From positions 1 through 30,294 of the IMG/VR virus record IMGVR_UViG_3300032290_000368: 30,294 nucleotides of DNA; one strand, written 5' to 3'. The notes below the pieces were generated by a model. That model worked only from the letters and a program-made list of their open reading frames with translations. It ran no database searches and was not told the DNA's origin. This document shows positions 8,996 through 18,300 of the stretch, piece after piece (within the stretch, counting starts at the first letter, position 1; every line of letters starts with the position of its first letter). The position numbers and the translations under genes are program-made. Source of the DNA: a virus (Duplodnaviria > Caudoviricetes).

Positions 8996-9086
8996 TGATG
9001 GCAAGTGGCGTCTGTCAGATGAAAGCATTGTGTTGAATGAAGGGTGGTATGTCGTACCGCCTTCATTTGTTGAGGAAGAACAATGA
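8823..9086 (+). CDS. Putative lipoprotein / outer-membrane spanin (Rz1-like); start uncertain
   Basis: Signal peptide KVRLLWTALWIVGVFLALAATFASG|C with a lipobox-like ASGC and a Pro-containing mature part. Stop overlaps the next ATG. TTG 8823 is my preferred start (track gives 8769). Confidence 0.55.
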   Translation: MSAVYAKVRLLWTALWIVGVFLALAATFASGCTRTILVPEASPIRIGPMVKGRIYILDDGKWRLSDESIVLNEGWYVVPPSFVEEEQ

Positions 9087-10069
9087 GTGCAAAGATCCAA
9101 ATTCGTCGAGATACATCAGCAAATTGGTCAGGAGTGACTCTTGCCAATGGCGAGATTGGTCTTGATACCACTCTCAAGCAGATCAAGATTGGCGATGGAT
9201 CAACTGCATGGGGTTCATTGCCGTGGCTTGGCGGAACACTTCCAGTATTCACAAACCCTAATGCGGACGCCAATGACACAACCAATCGCGTGCAGGGCAT
9301 CTACAGGTTTGCTACTGCTTCGGCAATTACGAATGGTCCTTCTGCGCCAATCAACATTGTTGCCAATGACGGCGGCGCAACGATGCTCGTGATTGTTGCT
9401 AATTCCCATGTGGTTCAACAACTGTGGACTGATGGAGATGGTTCTACGCAAGTTCCAAAGTCATACAGTCGCGTGTATGACCACGGCTCGACCGCATGGC
9501 GTCCATGGACCCCACAAAATAGTTGGGGCATCAGCGCCACGGAAGGCGTAGATTTATCGGCAAAAAGTTTGACTGTTGAAGACGGAGCAGTCGCAACCCC
9601 ATCAATCACAAATCGTGATGACACAAATACAGGTTTGTATTTTCCATCGGCAGATCAATTAGGGATTTCCGTAAATGGAACGAATGCGATCCTAGCCGCA
9701 TCTGATGGAGTGAAAGTCAACACAACCCCATCAATTGCAAATGCTCTCAAAGAGCATGTGATGAGGATGAATGATCTTTCACAGATGGGTGCTATTTCTA
9801 CATTGATTGCGCAATCCAACACGAGCGTAACGGATGTTGGTGGGCAAATTCAATGGACTGTTGCAAACATTGGAGTGGCTTCTTCCGTAACGCTGACGCC
9901 CAACAGTTACACATGGTATGGATGGGCAATCGCATTTGACACTGATGGTGAATTGTATTCAGTCACTTCAATTCAATATGCATCAGCAACTAGTGGAGCG
10001 TGGACTTTGCCCGGTACTGGAACGACTGTAGCAACGGTTGTTCTTGTTGCCTTTAGAAAGTTTGCATGA
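9083..10069 (+). CDS. Tail fibre with Mtd_N-like N-terminal domain and pyocin-knob-like domain
   Basis: IQIRRDT.ANW...LA.GEIG.D....KIGDG..AW..LPW is the Mtd_N-type signature. GIY......NGP...QQ.W......YSR......W..W resembles a knob domain. DG....PSI....DTNTGLYFP..DQLG is a common fibre segment. Confidence 0.8.
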   Translation: MSAKIQIRRDTSANWSGVTLANGEIGLDTTLKQIKIGDGSTAWGSLPWLGGTLPVFTNPNADANDTTNRVQGIYRFATASAITNGPSAPINIVANDGGATMLVIVANSHVVQQLWTDGDGSTQVPKSYSRVYDHGSTAWRPWTPQNSWGISATEGVDLSAKSLTVEDGAVATPSITNRDDTNTGLYFPSADQLGISVNGTNAILAASDGVKVNTTPSIANALKEHVMRMNDLSQMGAISTLIAQSNTSVTDVGGQIQWTVANIGVASSVTLTPNSYTWYGWAIAFDTDGELYSVTSIQYASATSGAWTLPGTGTTVATVVLVAFRKFA

Positions 10070-12384
10070 CGCACTTTCCCATTCCAATTCCGTTTCGTGG
10101 ATTTACTGAGCAATCGCAGTTCTCTGCGATTCCAGAAGGCATGACGCCGTCATGCTTGAATGTAATGCCATCGGACATTTGGAATGGTCGAATGCGACTT
10201 AGCACTCGCGCTGGCACGCGCAAGTACAACAAAGATAACGCGGCAGCGATTAAGGGCGCGCAGTTTGTCGGTACATACCGCATATACGAAAGCAATGTCC
10301 TTGTAGAGCGAATCATCTTTGTCCGCGATGGAAAGGTGTATTACGCAGATCCGAATAGCACGACCATCCCTGCATCTGTCACTCTGTTCGGTGGACAAAG
10401 CACGGCACTGCTTAATACAAGCGGGTTGGTCGAGGGCGTTCAGTTTAACGAGCACTACTACTTCGTCGATGGAGATCACTATGTTCTGGTGCATCTCGCG
10501 ACGCCTGCGTCTGCTACTGCGGTAACTGTTTGGGGTAATGACTCTCCTAAACATGGCCCGTTTCATACGGATCCGGGAACCATCACGACTGGATGCAGGG
10601 CGACTCTGATCTGCCGATGGGGTGCGCGCCTCGTTCTGGCTGGATACAAGGACACTCCGAACATTTGGTACGCCTGCGCTCCTGACGATACATGGCCGAT
10701 TGCAGGAGGTTCAGGAGGTGGCCTGTCCGATGGATGGACTAGCGCGCATGTGATCGGAGCAATCACAGGAACGACCGCCAACGAGTACGGGACGCTCGGA
10801 GATCCGATCGTCGCCATCTTCCCGTTCGCGCAGAGTGGTCTGATGTTCGCGTGTTCAAACTCGTTCGGATTTTTGACGAGCGATCCAGACATGGATCCCA
10901 ACGCTGCGATCGTAAACCTGACGAAATCCATTGGCATTGCTGGTCGTCGCGCATGGTGCCAAGGTCAGGAAAAAGGCGCATACATTTTGGGTCGTGACGG
11001 CTTGTACTTTCTCAATGCCAACGATTTCAATTTCAACCGTGGGAACAGAATCAGTGCTGGCCGTCTTGATTCATTCTTCTTGAGACTGGACTTCGGTACG
11101 CCAGCCATTCAAGGATCTGGAACGCTTGCAGGCGGATCTCTACGGCTGTTAAACACAGAAACAGGATCAGCAACAGGCGCAACGGTCAAGACATTGACTG
11201 GCACTGGAACCATTACTGAAACCGCAACAGCAGAATCTGTATCTGTTCCAACAGATGTAGCGTCGTTTACAGGATCAAGTCTTGTCGATGGCGAGGTATT
11301 TCCTGTGTTGTGTTGGGATCCAGATCGCGAAGGCGTATGGATGTTCTTGACGGTAAATGGAATTGAGAGTTCCAGTATCCATCTGTTCTACGATGTCAAA
11401 ACAGAATCGTTCTGGCCTCAGCGGTTTTATGACCCTGACATGTACGGTCCAACATCGGCTGTGTATATCGGGTCATCAAGATCGAAAAATGGCCGCTTGA
11501 TTATGGCTAATTCTGATTCCATTGCGTTCATGGAAAAGTCATTCGCAATTGGAATGGACGGGTACTACAGCGCAATTGAAGACGAAGCAACAATCAGGAC
11601 GCAATCAATCAAAACAAGTCTGACATTTGGGCCGATTATTGCGCCTCTTCCGCAGCGGTTTCTTTTGAGCGAAGTCCGCGTTGATCTGTCAGAGGATGCT
11701 TACGAACTTCCCGCAGGATTTCCAGATGTAACGACGCCGCCGATCCTTTCTGTGTCAACGGGCGATACGGCTCAATTGGCTCTTGGACTTCAGAGCGATA
11801 CGCTGTTTGCAACCAACATCAATCCTCTTGTGATTGATTGCGGTAATGCTGCAACATCATCTCCGTCGCCAACATATGACGGTGGTACATCCGCCACACC
11901 AGCGCCGGATCGAATTGATGGGCGATTTGCGCTTCGTCCCTTTGGGACATACACGCAAAACGATTCATTTGCATCGATGATTGACCGCATTTACGACGGT
12001 CCCGGAAATTGGCAACTCAAATACTCCAGTGGGTATTGGAGGATTATTTATGCAGGCACCAATCTTGATGGTTTGTCAAACGAGTCTGAATACCAACAGA
12101 TCGTTCCTGACATTGGATCTCCTAACGGAATCATGGTGACCCAGCAACAGGATGTAATTTCTCCAGATGTTTTAGATAACGCCAATGTCACTGGGGCATC
12201 GTTTCCTGATGCAGAAGTGACTGAGATTGGCGAACTCAACGCTGGAAGAAACCAAGCAATTAAAACGCGCGTGCGATCAGAAGCGATGTATTTGACACTT
12301 GGCTCAAATGGTCGTCCGTGGAGTATTGAGCGAATGTCTGCTGTGCTTTCACAGGTTGGCTACAGCAGAGGAGGAACATCGTAA
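10066..12384 (+). CDS. Tail nozzle / tail tubular B / P22 gp10-like DNA stabilisation protein
   Basis: 772 aa, beta-propeller-like. Starts PF.G......IP.G..P.C.NV.P......R...R.G and contains WGARLVLAG. Precedes the ejection genes. Confidence 0.7.
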   Translation: MTHFPIPIPFRGFTEQSQFSAIPEGMTPSCLNVMPSDIWNGRMRLSTRAGTRKYNKDNAAAIKGAQFVGTYRIYESNVLVERIIFVRDGKVYYADPNSTTIPASVTLFGGQSTALLNTSGLVEGVQFNEHYYFVDGDHYVLVHLATPASATAVTVWGNDSPKHGPFHTDPGTITTGCRATLICRWGARLVLAGYKDTPNIWYACAPDDTWPIAGGSGGGLSDGWTSAHVIGAITGTTANEYGTLGDPIVAIFPFAQSGLMFACSNSFGFLTSDPDMDPNAAIVNLTKSIGIAGRRAWCQGQEKGAYILGRDGLYFLNANDFNFNRGNRISAGRLDSFFLRLDFGTPAIQGSGTLAGGSLRLLNTETGSATGATVKTLTGTGTITETATAESVSVPTDVASFTGSSLVDGEVFPVLCWDPDREGVWMFLTVNGIESSSIHLFYDVKTESFWPQRFYDPDMYGPTSAVYIGSSRSKNGRLIMANSDSIAFMEKSFAIGMDGYYSAIEDEATIRTQSIKTSLTFGPIIAPLPQRFLLSEVRVDLSEDAYELPAGFPDVTTPPILSVSTGDTAQLALGLQSDTLFATNINPLVIDCGNAATSSPSPTYDGGTSATPAPDRIDGRFALRPFGTYTQNDSFASMIDRIYDGPGNWQLKYSSGYWRIIYAGTNLDGLSNESEYQQIVPDIGSPNGIMVTQQQDVISPDVLDNANVTGASFPDAEVTEIGELNAGRNQAIKTRVRSEAMYLTLGSNGRPWSIERMSAVLSQVGYSRGGTS

Positions 12385-13361
12385 TGGCAGCACTAGCAAT
12401 CGGTATCGGCGCTGGCTTAATGGGCGCAGGCGGGATCATGGGCGGCCTATCTGGTCGCTCTAAAAAGAAAGCAATGCAGGCATTAGCCCGTGAAGCCTTG
12501 ACTCGTTACGGAGATTTGGCAAAGGATTACGGGTCTCAATTTCAAAGCGTCATCGACGATTTCTCTAAGGCTCAGGCTGCGAACATAGCGCAGTACAGGC
12601 AAGACTTTGAGAAGTCAGCCTCCACCTATGAGCAGTATTTCAAGCAGGCTCAACAGCAGTATGCAGAGGGATTCGATGCTGCTATTGGCGAATACCGAAC
12701 TGGTCGAGAAAACACTATTGCGCTGATGCGTCAACAAACAGAAGCGCAGCAACAATCAGCACGAGCGCGTAATGCGTTTACGGGTCTTGGACAAACATCA
12801 TTCGGTCAACAGCGCGTCGATGCTCTTGGTCAGCAAGGAATGATGCGTGAGGGTGCTGTCCGTGAAGAGTATTCGCGTGGGCTTTCAACAATGATGGCTC
12901 AACGCGCTGTTGGTGTGTCAGGAATGACGCAGCAACTTGGGACTGGTCTTGCTGCTATTCAGCAGCAGATGGGATCTGGAGTAAGCGCGCTGATGACGCA
13001 TTACGGAACGAATTTGGCCCAGATGGGTCAGGCCCGTGTTGGCGGAATTACAAACATTCAGCAGGCTGGTCTTGGGCAATACTTCGGAAGCCAAGGGCAA
13101 GCAGCACAAATGGCTGGCAGCATGATGGGCGCAATGGGCAACTTCCTTGGCTCTGCTGGTGGTGCGGTTATGGGTGCTGGCTTAAGTGGTGGTTTCTCAC
13201 CTGCTCAGGCTGGTGCTGGTGCTGGTTCTGGACCAGCGACAGGTTCAAGCCTTGGTTACACGGGACAAGGAAACATTGGTTCATCAACTGGAATGGGCAA
13301 TCCATTAACCGGAGGATGGCACCAAGGATTTAGTGGTATGCCAATTACATTCACGGGATAA
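12384..13361 (+). CDS. Ejection / DNA pilot protein
   Basis: SD GGAGG. Gly/Ala hydrophobic N-terminus (MAALAIGIGAGLMGAGGIMGGL), Q-rich coiled coil and Gly-rich C-terminus, resembling podovirus pilot proteins. Confidence 0.6.
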   Translation: MAALAIGIGAGLMGAGGIMGGLSGRSKKKAMQALAREALTRYGDLAKDYGSQFQSVIDDFSKAQAANIAQYRQDFEKSASTYEQYFKQAQQQYAEGFDAAIGEYRTGRENTIALMRQQTEAQQQSARARNAFTGLGQTSFGQQRVDALGQQGMMREGAVREEYSRGLSTMMAQRAVGVSGMTQQLGTGLAAIQQQMGSGVSALMTHYGTNLAQMGQARVGGITNIQQAGLGQYFGSQGQAAQMAGSMMGAMGNFLGSAGGAVMGAGLSGGFSPAQAGAGAGSGPATGSSLGYTGQGNIGSSTGMGNPLTGGWHQGFSGMPITFTG

Positions 13362-13364
13362 CGC

Positions 13365-13961
13365 ATGGCAAATAAGCAATCAACAACACCGCAGTTTCTC
13401 ACGCAAGAAAAACTACGCGCTATTGCTGCGGGTCTTGGTCGCGGCCTGATGGCGTATGACCCAAACAATCCATTTGCTGGTGCAGGCGCTGCGCTTGCAA
13501 CTGTTGCTGGTATTGAAGAGGAGCGCGCGCTTCGCAATCAAAACTTTGCGGAGCAACGCCAGACCTTGACACAACAGCAAGAGTTCAGTGCATCACAGCG
13601 CAAGCAGGCCATTGCAGATGCGCGTGCTGCTCGCGATGAAGAGCGCGCATATGATGAGAAGATGCGCCCAGAATTGCGCAAGGAACGACTTGAAGACATC
13701 AAAGAAAGTGAGCAACTAAAGTTTGATCTTGCGAAGAAGCAGCGAGAAGAGATTGCCTCCGGTTTAAAAAACCAAAAAGCATTTGCACTTGGGTTAAGTC
13801 AGTTTAAAAACCCATCATTCAACCAAGACTTTGCAAGTTCTATTCCTGAAGCACCGCGTGCTTCTGGAACTGCTCCAACTCAATATCTGGACAGCCTACT
13901 TGAGGATGGAGAACAATTCCGCACACAGATGCGCGCGCTTCGTGGGGAGTTTGGACGATGA
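13365..13961 (+). CDS. Putative internal virion (ejection) protein
   Basis: Amphipathic G/A segment followed by a charged coiled coil. Located in the ejection cluster with ATGA coupling to the next gene. Confidence 0.5.
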   Translation: MANKQSTTPQFLTQEKLRAIAAGLGRGLMAYDPNNPFAGAGAALATVAGIEEERALRNQNFAEQRQTLTQQQEFSASQRKQAIADARAARDEERAYDEKMRPELRKERLEDIKESEQLKFDLAKKQREEIASGLKNQKAFALGLSQFKNPSFNQDFASSIPEAPRASGTAPTQYLDSLLEDGEQFRTQMRALRGEFGR

Positions 13962-15328
13962 CTTCATTTCCGCAATCAATAAAGAATTCTGTGGCATCGA
14001 TGACATCTCCAAAGATGGGAACTGCTGCACAAAGCGGTGGGTCTTCATTGCCTGAGCAATCTGCTGATCCAAGTTCTGATTCATTCCAGTTGGATCTTAC
14101 GAGTCAATCAGAAGCGCCAACCTACGAGGGAATCCCTCAGCGTGACGCAACATCGACACTCAGCAAGATTGATGAGGCATATAGAAAAAGTCTCGCAGAG
14201 AATGTCAAGGGTCGTGCGTCCGAAGTCAATGACATTCAATTGACTATGCGGGGAATCGTTGATGGCGATCCTGTTGGCATGGAGACATTCGATCTTGGGT
14301 TTTACGAGGATGGCACTCCAGCGATCTTCATTAATGGCGCTCCTGTTCCGATTGAAAACAGCCAATGGATGGCTCTTTTGAATATGCGGAAGAATCAGCG
14401 CGACCAAATGCAAGCGATGATGGAGTTCCGAAAGGCTAGCGAAGACGCGCAAAGAACCGTATCTGCTGTTGTGTCATCAATGCCCAACATGCCAAAGGGG
14501 TTGGCTGAAGGACTGATGTATCTGGCAAGGAACAACCCAGATGTCGCTGGTCAGCAACTTGCTCGACTCGGAAATTCGTTTGCAACGGATGGTGGAAAGA
14601 CTCAGGCACTCGACATCAGCGTTGGGATCATGCAGTCTCAAGTTGAAAATAGAATGCGCACGCTGTACGAGCAAGGCCCAGAAGAGCCAATTACGGTAGA
14701 AGAAAAGGGCGTTGGCGGTGTTGTAATTGGTAGTAAGCAGATCATGCAACGCAGGCCATCTCGCGTAGACATGACTCAAGGAATGTTGCAACAGAAATTG
14801 CAAATGCAGGGCGCAAACCGCGAAGAGATCCAAGGGCAAATGGGATCTCTTCCATTGTTGCAAGGGTTGTTCCCAATCGCAGAGCGCAAGTACCTCAATG
14901 GCGGCGCATCAATGGGCGTGTTTGATTGGATTAGCAGCCCATATCAGGTTGGTGGAACTGGAAACAATGTCAATGCATATGGCGCGTGGGACACGCTTAA
15001 GCGCGTGGCAACTATTCCAGAGTTGTGGGACGGCCATGTTGTGCCACAGCCACAGCAACCATTGAATGTCAACGACCCAATGTCTGTAAATGCATGGATG
15101 CAGTATCTGACTAATCTTGATGAATGGGCAAGCATTCGTCTTGGATGGGATCGAAGTAGCCCACAGATGATCCAGCAGCACTTGCAGGCTCTTGCGGCAT
15201 CCGCATCTCAAAGTGCTGGAATGTCTATGGCATCTCCTGCACCTATCTCAGCACCACAACAACAAATGAGTCCAGTTGATCAGGCATTGAACAACGCTGG
15301 TCTTGGTGGATTTGAAATTCAGAAGTGA
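13958..15328 (+). CDS. Putative internal virion (ejection) protein
   Basis: 456 aa, Q/M/S-rich and helical, immediately before the giant gene. No catalytic motif recognised. Confidence 0.45.
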   Translation: MTSFPQSIKNSVASMTSPKMGTAAQSGGSSLPEQSADPSSDSFQLDLTSQSEAPTYEGIPQRDATSTLSKIDEAYRKSLAENVKGRASEVNDIQLTMRGIVDGDPVGMETFDLGFYEDGTPAIFINGAPVPIENSQWMALLNMRKNQRDQMQAMMEFRKASEDAQRTVSAVVSSMPNMPKGLAEGLMYLARNNPDVAGQQLARLGNSFATDGGKTQALDISVGIMQSQVENRMRTLYEQGPEEPITVEEKGVGGVVIGSKQIMQRRPSRVDMTQGMLQQKLQMQGANREEIQGQMGSLPLLQGLFPIAERKYLNGGASMGVFDWISSPYQVGGTGNNVNAYGAWDTLKRVATIPELWDGHVVPQPQQPLNVNDPMSVNAWMQYLTNLDEWASIRLGWDRSSPQMIQQHLQALAASASQSAGMSMASPAPISAPQQQMSPVDQALNNAGLGGFEIQK

Positions 15329-15335
15329 GACATCT

Positions 15336-18300
15336 ATGAACAACGATCTGACCTTCGCGCAGCAATGGCAAGCAATTCGCAACAAGATTGACGCCGACAT
15401 TCAAGCGGAAGGAATTACGGATCTTGGGCAAGTCGAAGCGCGCGTATCAAAGAACTACGACTCGTTTCGCGACTTCATTTCAAACCGCAAAAAGCAAGAG
15501 GCTCTCGCAACTGCTTACAAGGCTGGTCTCACGCCACAAGTAGTTGTTGAAGGCGAAGGTGGGGAAGCAAAGTTCGCGTCGTATGACGATAAGGTCAACG
15601 ATTGGGCAGAGTTGTACGCTAATCAATACATGGCTGGGAAAAAGCCAATCGATTGGAATACTTACAGCACGAATGACCGTAGTGCATTGATCGTTGGAAC
15701 AGAAGACGCTATCGGTCGATTCACTCACAGCACTGAGGGATTTCTCGGCGCGCTTGGCGGGTCGTTTGCTGCAATGCAGGCCGATCTCATGTCTCGCGGA
15801 GTTTTTTCTGCTCAAGGAATTCCCGCTCTTCCTCCAGAGTACGCAGAGGAAATTACCAATCGCGCATTTGAACAGGGAAAAGAGATCACGCAATCAGCGG
15901 CTGGCGAGTTCGCTAGAACCATGATTCCCGGCCTGTCTTCTGTTGCTGGAGAGGATCCAAATGCACCAGAATTAAAAAGTGAGCGCATCGGATCAGCAGG
16001 GAGTCCAACAGCATCAGCAATCGGACAAACGATTGGAGAGGCCGCTGGAGGGGCAGCGCAGTCAATTCCGCTGCTGATGATCAAAGACCCAATTCTTCGT
16101 GCTGGAGCAACGCTTCCGTACTTTGTCATGGGCAAGTACCAGCACCAAAATGAACTGTACAAAAATGAAATGACGGCGCGAGAAACTGCGCGTCGTCTTG
16201 GCATTCCATACGAACCTATTCCGTATTCTCAACGACAGTTGGCTGGTACTGTTCAAGGTTTAGCAGAATACGGATCAGAGTACATCGGTGACTCGTTGCA
16301 AATCGGCGTGCTGAAGTTTGACAAGTGGCTTCTTCGTGGCCTTGGAGCAAAGAAGTTCGGGCCATTGGCTAAAGAACTTGGGCAAAGCATGGACCGACAT
16401 CTTGGTCCTATGGGTCTTTTAAAGACTGCTGGAAAAATTGCATTTGCTGGCGCAACAGAAGCAGGTGAAGAAGCATTCTCTGAATCGGCAAAGGGCGTCA
16501 ACATTGCCACACCTGCGGGATTTGAATACGAATATCTCAGCGAGGATGTAGCAGACGCTGCACTTACAGGCGGCTTGTCTGGTGCATTTTTAGGCGCTGG
16601 CACTACTGGGTTGGGCGGGATCCAAAAGGCTTTCGATGACCGTGCTATTCGCAGGCAACTTGAAGAAGGCGGCGCTCAAGCAGACATGACACAGTCGCTT
16701 GTTGAGCGTGGTCAACAACAAGCAGTCGGCACCTTTGAAAAGCGACAAGTAATTTCTGGGTCAAAATCCCGGAATCAAGACCTCATCAACTTCAATCGAA
16801 ACATTCCCGTGGTTCGTGGTCAAACTATGGCCCGACACCAAATCGAAGAGTTGAGTGCTGGCAACAGGCTTGCCATGTTTGTTGACCCAGTTAATCAGAA
16901 AGAGACGATTACTCCGAAGTTGAAAAAGGAAATGGCAGATGCGGGAATCGTCAAAGTTGGAACGCATCAAGGTCGAGCCGTTTACGCTCATGCAGCCTTT
17001 GCTGCGGATGTCATGCAGGTTGTTGCGCAACGAAATAGCGCGGCAATCAATGGGTACAACGATTTGAACACAGACCAGATTATGGCTGGTGCTGTAGTTC
17101 TGCGAAACGATGCTGGTCACATCGTTCATGTATACCCATACTCAGATCCAGCAGAAATGTCGAAGCGGATTCCTTCGATTGTTGCCGACGCTGACGCGCG
17201 CGGATTGACGGTAGAAGATGTTGAGACCGGAAAGATTGGCACAATCACCGATCAGATTCAGCGCCAAGTCGATGCAGACGCTGCGTTGATGCGGATGCTG
17301 CCAGAAGAGCAGCGCCCATTGAGCACGCAAGATGTAACTAAAGGAATTTCAACACTGCGGACGGATATTGCAAAGTCCATCAAGGGCGGTATGGCAGATC
17401 CAAACGCGAAGTTCGTTTACGCCAAGACGAAGAAACCTGTGCGCAATGGATCTGTAAAGTTGCGTGGAATCACGCTTAGTCGAGTTGCAGATCAATCTTT
17501 GAGCGATGGTGAACGCAAGGTTCTTGAAACATCAACTGGCAGAGCAGTTGTGCTTGACGGAACTGCTGAATACGAGATTACAAACGACGATGGAACTGTA
17601 GAAGTTGTTCAAGGCGCGATCCCAATGGATGGTGCCTTTGTCAACCAATCGACTCCTGACGGCGTGTTTCTGGTCCGCGAAAATGGAAATGCACTGACTT
17701 CTCGCTCTGCGTTTGTTGTTGCGTGGCACGAGTTGCGTCACATGATTCACGCAAAGTCACGCGCTGGTGCCGCGCACATGGCGCGCCTGCTTTCGATCGA
17801 TCCAGTGTTTGCTGCTCGTGGCGGCGCTGAATACATGCGCAATAGGTATCAAGAACTCAATGGTTTGTCAGATTTGGAACTGATCAAAAAGTTGCAGGGT
17901 TTATCTAATGCAGCCAGAACAACCTTGAGTTCCCCAACCGCAACACAGCAACAGCGCGCGGAAGCAACACGCGATATTGCGCGATTCCGGCAATTTTCGG
18001 AGGAGTCAGTCACTACCACTGCCAACCAAGGCATGGGCATGATGACGGAACTTGCTGCGGAACATGAAGCCATCTATCAACTTCGTAGCGAACGGTCGAT
18101 GCGTGCATATTCCGCATGGCTGGCAAATACCCTCGTAAAGCGTGGATGGGCTGGACCACATGCCCGTCAGGCTTTGTATGAACTTGGGCAACGAGTTCGT
18201 GGGGTCCGTAGCGAAGAATTTGAACTGCATGAGAAATTTCGTGAGCAGACAGAACGCGCTGCTAAGGAGGCCATGCAACAAGGCGAAAGTCGCGCTGAAG

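Noticed and set aside
8278-9300. 340-aa minus-strand ORF
   Set aside because: Antisense to five coupled + strand genes and has no recognisable motifs; treated as a shadow ORF.
9083-10069. Diversity-generating retroelement suggested by the Mtd_N-like domain
   Set aside because: No reverse transcriptase, template/variable repeat pair or C-type lectin C-terminus is visible in the window. Mtd_N is common in ordinary fibres.
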